Below, piece by piece: positions 49,975 through 61,669 of a DNA stretch of 64,000 nt. The stretch is from Monocercomonoides exilis PA203 (Eukaryota; Protista; Preaxostyla). The stretch covers positions 1,178,001 to 1,242,000 of the forward strand of contig LSRY02000027.1 of NCBI GenBank assembly GCA_001643675.2, written 5' to 3'. The translations under genes and the position numbers were made by a program. Each line of letters opens with the position of its first letter. Within the stretch, counting starts at the first letter, position 1. The notes under the pieces were generated by a model that was not told the DNA's origin, did not search any database, and was given only the letters and a program-made list of their open reading frames with translations.

Positions 49975-52900
49975 ATGAAGGAATTAAAAAGCGAAATGGA
50001 AATGCCTTTGTCAACATCCCAAACTGCAGGATCAAATTTGTTGGACATTCATGTGGTATGTGCTTGTTTTGTCTTTTCTTTTTTAGCGAAAGCACTAACT
50101 ACGTTTTATCAAAGGCAATTCCGCAAAATCAACAAATTCAAAAAATAACTACTTTTGAAAAGCATCAATTTGAAAAACGCTCTGACGCAACAGAGAAAGG
50201 ATTTGTGGAACCTAATTTAGTTCATATGACAACTTCCTTTGACAAAACGAAAGAGATCGATTGTTGTTCATCTAACAATCCATGCCAGAGACTTGGATTA
50301 AATAGCAAGGGAGCAAGGATTTCAGCCTTTTCAGAGCATCTCTTGAGAGTTACAACAGAGTCCAAAGAATCTTCTGAGAGTCTGAAATCAAGCCCATCTG
50401 TAACAACAATTCTGAAGAAAAAAGTATCTGCCTCACCTACGCAATTAGCATCTCAGCAACCAAAACGCTCCAAATTCGATTTTGCATCGCAATCTCCACC
50501 AGCACAAAGAAACCCGCCGACGTCGCTTCTTTCATTTCCCCGTTCTTCTTCGTCGTCTTCATCTTTTTCTGTCTCTTCATATACATCAAAAGCAATCACT
50601 TCCAACAAGCACTTGCTGAATGAGAGGTTCTCTCGCAATTCTCGTTCCATTTCTCGAACATCATTACCATCATCATCATCGCTATCTTCTTCTTCTTCTT
50701 CTTCTTCTTCTCTTCCTCGTTCAAATTCTTCTTCTTCCCCTTCTCCCCTTCGCTCTGTCAATTCGGAGCAGCTGAAGAAGCTTGTGAACAAGCCGTTTTG
50801 TGTGGGCGGGCAGACGTATGTTGTGGAGCTTGCTGAGACAGACAAAGAAGACAAAGAAGCGAAAGGAGGAAGAAGAGAAAACAAACAAATGAGCAGCTCA
50901 AGGAAAATGGTTTGTGGGTTTTTATTTGTGTGTGTACGCGATTCGAAAGAAATTTTGAGTTTGTTATTATTATTTATTATTATTATTATTATTATTGATT
51001 ATTTATTAATAATAATTTATGATTTTTTGATTTATGCTTTTCATTTTCGTTTTCATTTTTCTTTCCATTTGAACGTGAATTTTTAATGAACATAAACATC
51101 TTTTTTTATTCTGTTTGTTTGTTTGAATCATTTTCACAATTTTTGCATATATCTTTTCTTTTTCTTCTTCCTCTTTGTCCTCTTTTTCCTTTTCCTTTTC
51201 TTCTTCCTCTTCTTCCATGTTATTCAGACTCCATCAAATCGCACAGGAACTTTCAATTATCCTCGCTTACTGCGCCGTTCTCTATCAACTTCTTCTTCTC
51301 CTTCATCATCTCCTCATCTTCCTCTTCCTTCTTCCAAAGCTCGCTCTTCTTCTTGTTCCCCCTCCTCCTCTTCCTCCTCTTCAAATAAAAATCATATTTC
51401 TTCTTCTTCCTCTTCACCTTATTCTTCACCTTCTTCTTCTTCTTCCTCTTCTTCCTCTTCATTTGCTCGTTCTCTTCCTGAAAGTGAGCTTCGAAGGCAG
51501 CTAAAAACAGCCAAAAGATTTGCCCTTCCTTTTCATTCAGACAGAAACACGAATTTTCAAAGAGAAAGTGAAAAAACAGGGAAAATTAGCAAAAATAACA
51601 TAAATAACATAAATGGAAGGAGAGAAAGAGAAGAAGACAAAGAAGAAGAAAGAAATTCAGTGAAAAATGCTACACTCACTCCAAAAGTGCGTCTTCGAAG
51701 AGTTATTCGTCCTTCTTCTTCTTCTTCTTCTTCTTCTGGTTGTATTTTCAAAAGCAACACTCAAAACTCTTTTCGACAGAGCAAACCATTCAAAGTGCCA
51801 AGAGCTCCATCAACTTTTGGTCCTTTTATTCGTTTGGCTGAAGAAGAAGAAGAAGAAGAAGAAGAAGAAGAAGAAAGAGAAAGAGAAGAAGGAAAAGAAG
51901 GAAGAGGAAGAGAAGGAATAAAAGGAAGAGGAGGAGAAAGAGGAGGAAAGAGACGAAAAGAAGAAGAAGAAGAAGAAGAAGAGATTGAAATGAGAGGGTC
52001 GTTTTATGAGGGAAGGGATTCTGTGAACGAAGCGATGGGAAAAAGCAGAGAAAGAGAAGAAGAAAGAAGAGAAGAAGGAGAAGAAGGAGGGGAAGAAAAA
52101 GAAGGAGGAGAAAGAGAAAGAGAAGTAAAGAAATCTTCTTCTTCTTCTGATAAACAAATTGTGTTTGAGAGGCAAAATGAGCCTTCAGAACACGAACTCA
52201 GTTTCCACAACTTCCAAATATACAGAAAATTTGCTGCTTCAAATGAGAAAGAGAAAGAGAAAGAGAAGAAGGTGAAGGAGGAGAAGGAGAAGAACGTATT
52301 GAAAAGACCAAAATCAGCTGCTGTTTTGCTTTCTTCTTTTTCTTCTCCTCGTTTTCATTCTCTTTCTCATTCTCTTTCTCGTCCAACATCTTCCCCTTCG
52401 TCCAACAGAATGTCAAACAAACCATTCGATTCGACCAAACAATCTCAAATTAAACCTCGTCATTCTCTTCCTCACAAAACTCTTCCTCTTCGTTCTTCTT
52501 CTTCTTCCTCTTCCTCTTCTTCTCATTCTCCTTCTTCTTCCTCTTCTTCTCGTTCTTCCTCCTCTTCCTCTTCTTCTTCTCCTCTTCCTCCCTTCTCCTC
52601 TCCTCCTTCTCTCTCCACTCAGCCACATCGCTTGAAACTCAACTTGAAAGTTGGAAATTCTTCTTCTTCTTGTTGGGTCGATACTTCTTCTTTGGCTGCC
52701 TCTAAAAACGCTCATAAAGTTGCTTCTTCTTCTTCTTCTCTTTCTTCTCCTTCTTCTTCTCCTTTCAGAAATGGAAGAAGAAATTCATTTGATTCTCCAA
52801 AGTATAATTCTCCTCCTTCTCTTTCTTCTTCTTCTTCTTCATTTTCTTCTTCTCGTTTTCCTTTGAATCTCCGAAGCAGAAGTGCTTCTCCTTCTTCTTC

Positions 52901-54836
52901 TCCTCTTTCTCGTTCATTTTCTTCTCCTCTTTCTTCTTCTCTTTCTCTTTCTCTTTCTCCCTCTTCTTCTTCTTCTTCCTTTGCCTTTCATACCCCTCTT
53001 AACACATCTCGCTCTTCTTCTTCTTCTTCTTCTTCTTCTTCTTCTTTCTTTTCTTCTCGTTCTTCTCGTTCTTGTTCTCCACTTGCCACTCCTCTTGCCA
53101 CTTCTCGTTCTCTCAACACAACAATAACATCATCATCATCTTCTTCTCTTTCTTCCTCTTCCTCTTCTTTCTCTTCTCCATCTTCTTCTCTTTCTTCTCT
53201 TTCTCCTTCTTCTTCTTCTCCTTTCCTCTCCCCTCCTTCCTTCTCTCAGCCAGGCACTCGTCTTCTGAATGAAGTGCAGACACTCCAAGCCATCAAAATC
53301 TACCGCGATTCGCTTTGTCGCAGCCAAATTGAGGCAAAATCGCCGTTGCGAATGAAAATAGAGAGGGAAATCGGAGAAAGAGTGGAGAGGGCGAGGAGCG
53401 AGGGGGTGAGGATTGTGTTTAGGAGGAAAGTGGAGAAGGAGAAGGAGAAGGAGAAGGAGAAGGAGAAGGGAGGGAAAGAGAGAAAGGAGAAGAATATGAA
53501 AGATTCTTCATTCAGAACTAAAAAAGTATTAACAGATTGTCCTGTGTTTGTTGTGGCTGAGCCTGTTTTGCCAGAAAAGCGTTCAAACAAAATGAGAAGA
53601 AACATTTCGAATGGAATGAAAGAGGAGGAGAAGAAGGAAAAGGAAAAGGAGAAGAAGAATAAGAATTTGAATGAAAATAAAACAAACAAAGGAGAATATG
53701 TGAATAAAAGAGCAATTCCATTGAAATCCAATACAAAAATGAAAAATTCATCATCATCATCATCATCATCATCTTCTTCTTCTTCTTCTTTTCTATCAAA
53801 TTCTTCAGAAATTGCAGAAAAAGATGCTTGTTTTGTGACTGAGAAGGAGCCTGCTATTCCGATGGAAGAGAAATCTCCGCTTTTGAAGAGAAATCCGTTT
53901 GTGAAGATTGAAGAAGAAGAAGAAGATGATGATGATGATGAAGAGGAGGAGGAGGAAGAAGAAGAAGAAAAGGAAGAAGAAGAAAGAAAAGGAGAAAAGA
54001 AAGAAAAAGAAGATAACACAAGCAAAACAGGAAATGAAGAAAACGAAGAAAAAACTGAAAATGTTGAATTTAACAGACATTTTGAGTCAAACACGCAAAA
54101 ACAGCAGATTTCAAAGGGAAAATCTGAAACAGCAACAAAATTGAGTGATATTTCGATTTCAACTTCTGAAGAGAGGCAAAGATTGAAGGAGAAAGAGAAA
54201 GAGAAAGAGAAAGAGAAAGAGAAAGAGAAGGCAAAAGTTCAGAAGAAACGAGAAATGCCTCTCCATTTCTATCGCAATGCTCCAACACGCCCTCTTTCTC
54301 ATTCTTTTGCTTCTTCTCCTCTTTCTTCTCCTCCTTCTTCACGTTCTCTTTCTCTTTCTTCTTCTTCTCTTTCTTCTCCTCCTTCTCTTTCTCCTTCTCT
54401 TTCCCAGTCAAACAGCTCCCGTCAGCTATCTGCCCGCACACCACAAGCAGCCTCTTCTTCCTCTTCTCTTCCACCTTATGCCACTCCTCTTAGCAATTCA
54501 AGGAATCTTAGTAATCTTAGCAATAAAAGCATTAAAAGCAGTAAAAGCAGTCCAATCAATAAAAGCATTCAAAATCCTTTGAGCTATTCAATAAAATCGA
54601 ATAAATTAAGTCAGTCAATCAATTCAATCAATTCAATCAAATTAAACAAGACGAATAAAACGAATAAACAAAGCCAAACATGCAATTTGAGCAAGTCTTC
54701 GTCTGCAATGGAGAGCAGGCTCAGATTAGCTGCAGCGTCTGGAGCTCCTCTTTTTGACAGGAAAACGGAGTGTTTGATAGAAGCACAGAAGATGAAGGTG
54801 GATGTGGTTACAACAACAGAAAGAAGGAGAAAGTGA
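49975..54836 (+). CDS. Large low-complexity Ser/Glu/Lys-rich, probably disordered protein; join(49975..50055,50115..50909,51228..54836), ~1494 aa
   Basis: Phase-0 GT-AG introns 50056-50114 (gtatgt donor, cactaac branch point) and 50910-51227 join ORFs 49945, 49890 and 51123 in frame. The 3.6-kb last exon has no stops. Confidence 0.7.
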
Positions 54837-55619
54837 AATGTTTGCTTGTTTGCTTGGTTGTTTGGTTGTTTGGCTGTTTGTCTGTTTGTCTTTCTTTTCT
54901 TTTATTTTCCTATCTATTTTATCTTTCTGTTAATCTAGCTATTTATTTATTTACAAAATTTTCTTTCTTTCTTTCTTTCTCTATTTCTTTGTTTCTTATT
55001 CTTCTGCTTTTTTCCCCTTCATATTTTTTTGTGTCTATGTATTAAATTATCTATTCACTCGCTTGCCTGCAAAGAATTATTTTTACGTTAAGAAAATAAT
55101 ATCTTCTATTTTTTTTTTATTTTTCCAAAAAATTTTTCCAAAAAATATTATTTTTCTTCTTCTTCTTCTGATTTTATTGTCTTTCATTTGCGTTTCTCAT
55201 CTCAAACGGAAAGCGCTTCGTACATACCCTTTTACAAAGTTGATTGCAAGTTGTTGGGTTAGTTATTTATTGGCACATTTAATTTTTTTTTTAAATAATA
55301 AAATCGAAAAACGAACAATTAGGAAAATATTAATTAAATAACAAAATAATATTCCACACAGCATTTTTAAATCTGAATCGTTAATCAATAAAATTTTTCT
55401 GAATTATTTAACACAAAACGTTTAACTTGTGAAGATAAGAAAGCAGAAGAAGTTTGGAACAAATCGTGGGTTTTGTTCAAAAAATGAAATTATTTTTCTC
55501 CATTAAAACAAAAATTTCTCCATGTTTGTTCGTTTTGTTAAATTGGAAAAAAAATTGAAAAATGATGAAAAAAAAGAAAAATAATACATTTGAGTTCAAA
55601 TATTTATTGAGCTTCATTT

Positions 55620-58600
55620 TCTCAAGCATTTACAAAATAAACTGAAATATTCAAAGATTAATAAATACGTTATGATTTGCAAAAATGTACCTAAACTTTT
55701 CATAAAAGCTAATAATGATATCTTCGAATCCCTCTTCTTCCATCTTTTTAAATATTTTCCTTTTCAACTCTTTTCTTTCCTCCTCCGTAGTTTTCACTTC
55801 TCCCTTTCCTTTGAAACGCATTGAAATCAAATGAAAAAATCTCAAGATTTCAGATGTCATTCTTTCATTCAACGTTGATTTTGGAATCTCCTCCAAAGCA
55901 GCATCAATGGCACCACTTTTCAGCAAGGCATCAAGTTTCACTGCTCTATTTTCGGCTGCTGCTTCAAATGATTGAATGCATTCCTCACCTATTTCACTGT
56001 GATTATCTCTTGATGCTCGAAGCACATCAACAATGCGGCTGATAAGTCCAACATATTCTTCATTCCACAAATGACATGATTTTAAGTAATAATAAATTGA
56101 GCGGATCCATCTCGAAATAATGTCCATTGCTTTCCTTTCTGTTTCCCCCATCTCTTCCTTTTTCTTCTTCCAATCCACGCTCTTCGACAACTCTTCCAGT
56201 TCTTTTGTTGCATCTCTTATAAAATGCAGCTCATTCACAATTACGATTTCAGATGAGAAACCCTTGCAATATCTGAACACCAAAAATGACCAAGCAGACT
56301 GATAGGCAAGTCGCGAGAGATTCCGATGTCCTTGATGATGTTGGATGATTTCTTTGATTTCATTCAGATATAGATCTTTTTCAATTTTCTGTTCAAAAAA
56401 TAAGAAAAAATATCAATAACTTAAAAAATACAAAAGCGATGTTCAAACATAATGCGAGAAAATGCAACTCAATGCCAAAAGAGCCATTTCCACTTCTTTT
56501 TGAGCTTCCTCGTTTTCATCTTTCTTCAACGCAGCTTTCAGAAGACATGGCACGCAAACAGATATCAATTGTGATGAAGCCCCAATGTTTAACAAAAGAT
56601 AGCATTCACAAAGTTCAGTAAGAAGCTTTTCATTTCTTTTCTCTTTTTTCTTCTCTTCATCGTCAATCATCTCCCTAAATCTTCTCTTCAACGAAGAATA
56701 CAAAAAACCGAAGTATTTTATGTTTAATAGCGCGTTGCAATATCCCATGTGCTTCAACAGCAAGATTGCATTTCCCATCGTCAGTTTATCTTCTTCAATC
56801 ATTTGATCGATTTTATTGAACAGTTCTTTTGTGAAAACATATCTGAATTCTTCGTTATTCATTTCATCAATTAATTTGTTCAGTTCAAGAATTTTCTGTT
56901 TTTGCCCTTCCTCAGTGCATTCCTCCAGTTCAGAAAACAACTCTTAAAAAAAATTAATTAATGAGGGAAAGCGCTGAACATTCAAAAAATAGAAAATATG
57001 AACAAACTTAAAAACTTATCTGCAAGTGATTGCTCCTGAACATCATCATTGGATTTTTCCTCATCATACATTTCCATCCTGTCTATTATTAGCAAAGATC
57101 AATTTGCTGCAAAATTTCAAATTAAAAACAGTAAAACAAAAACAATATTGTCGAAAATTGACAAAACAAAGATAAAGTCCAAACTCAATTCCTTTGACCA
57201 GTTGAAAAAATATCTATGTTAAAAAAGAAATCACAAAGAAGCCAACGATACAGGCTATATTAAGTCGAATACGAAAGAATTTAATTTTGCACTGATCGAG
57301 CCAACAATAATTCATTTCATTGAAATGGATGGCATTTCGATTGAAAACTTTGACATGTTGGGATATTTGCCACATATAGTTGACATCAAATACCAATTTT
57401 TTTCTATTTTAACATTATTGACCACATGAAGAACAAACGAAAAGACTTTGAAAAGAACATTTCGAAGAAGAGACAAAAAAGCAACCGTTTGATGATTAAT
57501 CGTGCATATACTTCATTCAACTCAAAATTAAAAGAACAAACGTTGATGTTTTAATTTATGTGCTAACATTTAGAGTTATGTTGAGGCTTTATTTCATCGA
57601 AATGATTTTTTCTATTGTATCAAAGCGTTTACTGGCTTTTGTGGTGGCTTCAAAATTAATATGTTGAGTGAAGCTACAGATTATAAGGATAATTTTGTAA
57701 TTTGTTCGTTTCTAGAGTTGGCCATCCAGCCTGAAGGAAGATTGATGGAAGGGAATCAAGCTTTCAACAATTCGCAGTTTTTTGATGATTGGGCGCATGA
57801 TAATTGAACGCATAAGAGAATTTTTCAAGGCAACAAAGGACATCATTGCTAAATGAGCATTGAAAGAGATTCTATTCCAAAAGGCTTTGAAGCTATATAA
57901 AGATGAACAAAACTCGAGATGGGGAAGGAAGATTTATGCAACATGCAGAATCAAACACATGCTGGATTTTGAATTCATTTCAACGCATTACTCGCTTAAT
58001 GGTGTTATCGTTTAATGTGTATTTATCTGTAAAGACGCTTGTTGCGTTTTATAGAAAACCATCTTTTTGGATTATTTTGCTGATTTTCATTATTTAGCCT
58101 TTCATTGTGTATTTCGGTGCAAGTCATGAAATAATTCGAGCGATGCAGAAATGAATCTGACAAAACAGACCAAACTGCGGTTGATGTGTTTGATCAGATT
58201 AAGGTGTGTTATCCTTATAGAGTTGTATTTTTGCTTTTTTTTATTTTTATTTTTATTTTTTTTTTTTTTTTTGAAAAATAATTAAAAATGAAAGAAAGAA
58301 AGAAATCGTACAAAATTGAAATAAATTATCCTTTTTTGCAATGATAATTTCATGTTTTATCTTTCCTATTCTCTTTCTCTCTTTTTTCATTCTTTCACAA
58401 TTCATTGATATATTTTTTATATCAAGCTTCTTTGAAACTTCCCTCAAAAATCGATTTTGTATTCAGATTCTCTTCATAACAATCGAATGCATCGTTCAGT
58501 CGCCTGTTGAGCCACTCACACTCATCGTGCTTTTTTGCCTGAACTTCTGTCAGCATCTGCCTTTTGAAAGTGTTTGTCTTGTTTCCTTCGACAAGCACCG

Positions 58601-58900
58601 CTCAGCCACTCAGATGCACATTGGATGGCGTGCCATCATCGCTGAACAGCATCTGAATGGAGAGAAGTGACACCAAACAGAATGGAGATTGTGCTTCAGC
58701 CAGTCGAATCTGCTGAGTCTGCTGAGTCTGCTGACAGATGCGAAGAGAAAGAAGAAGGAGAAGAAGGAAGGAGAAAGAGAGAAAGAGAAAAGTTGAGTGA
58801 TGATGATGAAAGCAATTGTGAAAAGAAGACTGAAGATTCAATCAATGCGATTTCTTCATCTTCAACTTCATCTTCTCCATTTTCTGTCCAATCTCCTTTC
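55620..58900 (-). repeat. Arm B of the inverted segmental duplication (partner ~38700-42150)
   Basis: See arm A. Confidence 0.85.
55651..57077 (-). CDS. Helical multicopy family, copy 3; complement(join(55651..56388,56449..56942,57008..57077))
   Basis: Same exon structure and phases as copy 2 (introns of 65 and 60 nt). The frame is open and the family motifs are present. Confidence 0.88.
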
Positions 58901-59519
58901 ATTTCAACTTTGCAATCTGCTTCTTCTTCTGCTCCTGCCACTTCTTCATCCTCTTTTAAATCGCCTTTCATATCGGACAAACAATCTGAATCTTCTTTTT
59001 GCTCTTTTTTCTTCTCCTTTTCTCTGTGCACTTCAAATATTTTTTTTATGCATTTTTATTTTCATCAATTAAAACAAAATTGCTTTATTTTCTGTGAAAT
59101 TCATTGAATCAAAAAACGAAAAAATGACATTCTTTCAACAATAGTCAGTTAGATAGCTTTCCTATCATTTTATTGAACACTCTGTTTTTGTTCAGAAATA
59201 ATTGCAACAATTAAAATATAAAATTACAATCCAAAACTTACAAAATAAATAATCATAATAATAATTTTAGTATGGTCGCTGATATCAATATTAAGGTTCA
59301 TCAAACAAAAAGTTGTTTGGAAAATTTCTTTTCTGGCTTTTTGTGAAGCCGTGTTCCTTTGTTTTTTTGTGGTTTATTTATTTAGCATATATAAATATCA
59401 TTGAAGTTTGCGTGATGTTACTTCAATTATTTTGACAAGGATTAAAATCAATAATTTTTCTGATGTAATTTGTAAACTGGGAACACCAAAAACTGATTGT
59501 TGCATTTTTGCTTATCAGA

Positions 59520-60974
59520 ATGGGTCCAGTTGTTAGCAAGTTTATTAATGAATTATCAAAGAAGCCCCGCATCGAAAGGTTTTCAAGTTTGTGACAATTT
59601 TTCTTTTCTTTTTTAAGGACTGATTGATGAAATTAAACGTTTTGAAGAATTGATTTCGGGCTTACGTAACTTCAATAAAACAGATCAGAAGGAAATTATC
59701 AAAGAATTAGAATCGGTGATGAAAGCAATGGATAAAAATGAACTTAAAGGTGCTTTAACTGTTGGCGTGTTTGAAGAAATTAAAAGAATGATCGAAGATA
59801 GAAAATTAGGTTCTGATAATGACTACCTGTTGATGAAATGCATTGGATATTGGAAAGCAATGAAAAACATAGTGATTTGTAATTTTGGTAAATCTTCCTT
59901 ATGCAAAAGATTTGAGCTGATGATATTCGAAGAAATGAACAAAAAGGAGGGGAAAAATGAAAAGCGTCTGATCGGACTTTACGAAAGCTATTATTTGCTT
60001 TCTGACGACAGTATTCACGAAAATTTAGCCCCAATAATCACGTCTTGCCTTCTTAAAGTTGCATCAGACAAAGAGGAAAGCCCGGAAACAGAAAAGGAAG
60101 TGGAGATGGCATTGCTGGCTCTGAGTGAAGGCAGTAGAGGAATAGTTTGTCTATATATTTAAATAAGTATTTTGTTTGTTAATACTTTTTTATTTCTGAA
60201 CAGTTGGTAAAAGGAGCACAACATCTTCAAGAGATAACACGTATCATATTCCATCACAACGATCATCGCAATCTAACTCAATTGGCATTTCAATGTGCAT
60301 GGCGATTTATGATAAACAACTGGAACAGCAATTCAAACTCGCAAATTGTTGTTGTGAAATACATGAATTTTTTAACGGTGGTGAAAAGAGAACTGGAAGA
60401 ACTGGCAAAATGCGTTGACTGGAAGAGAGAAGACGAGGAAAAAGAGAATAGTCTAGCAGAACCGAAAGCAACACAAATAATAGTTCGATGGTTGGATGTT
60501 CTTGGATATTTTTTCATTATGTGCAACAAGTGGGATGACGATTTTTACGAACTGGTGCGTTTCATTGTTGAACTGTTCAGAACAGCACGAGATAATGAAC
60601 AAGAAATATCGGAAATGTGTGCTCATGCTTTGAAAATGCTTGCACACAACGAAAATTCAAGTGTTGATGCATTTGAAAAATGTGGGGTTTTAGATGTTAT
60701 TTCAGAGGAGCTTCAGCAGTTGAAACTGGAAAACAGGTTAGCCAGCGATTGCTTGTCGATCTATTTGCAGATTGTTAGAAGATTGAGCAATAATAGTGGA
60801 GATGAAACTGATGAAGAGAAAAGAAAAGAGTTGAAAAGGAAAATGTTTGAAAAGTTGGAGGAAGAAGGGTTGGAAGATGTCATCACAAGCTTTCATGAGA
60901 CTTTAGAGTATAATCAAAGTTATTATGATCATTCTTTATCGTTGAATATTTTTGATTATTTTGTAAATGTTTGA
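59520..60974 (+). CDS. Helical multicopy family, copy 4 (more divergent); join(59520..59586,59648..60144,60204..60974)
   Basis: ATG at 59520, GT-AG introns at homologous positions, and motifs EKEVEMALLALS, HRNLTQLAFQCAW and LEEEGLEDVI. Confidence 0.87.
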
Positions 60975-61669
60975 GGAAATGAAGTGCTTTGAAAATTGTA
61001 ACTCAAAATTTTTATGATTTTCATCACTTTTAATTTTTTTTTTTTTTCATATCGCAATTTGATGAACATTTGAGGGTTTTTGAGCAATTTTTGCGAGGGC
61101 TATTTTTCATTTCTGGAATATTAAAAGATAACAAAATTGAAATATCAACAAATGTGTGTTATTCAGGAGTTTTCAATAATCACCAAATTTCATTTGTCAC
61201 TAACATTGTTGAGTAAAGTTTATGTTCATTTGTTTTTTAATCGAATAGATCGATCTTTTCACCTTTGGAACATCTTCTTTATTTAATAAAACATTAATGC
61301 TAAAAATACTTTCAGATGAAAGAAGTCGACAGAGGATGAGATCCAGACTCAAATTATTAACAGAAATGAGAAGAAGTGGAAATTTTCATTTTTCAAATAA
61401 CAGAAACAGAGAAAACTGAAAATTAATGACAACTTTGAAAAGGGTTCTATTTGAATGTTGTTGAAAGAATCATTTTTGGCAAAATGACTTGATTCGTTTT
61501 GTTGAACATTTTTGTAAACACTGTTATTTTTTTCATTCCTATCGAATCCTTTTTTAATCTCACGTTAAATTTGTATATTTTGAACTTTAATCATTTTTGA
61601 AGAAATATAAGCATTTATTAAATCATTATATAACATGTTAATATAATATTGTCCTTTTTTTATTTAAAG

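Noticed and set aside
53300-54094. 264-aa antisense ORF
   Set aside because: It is the shadow of the low-complexity + strand gene.
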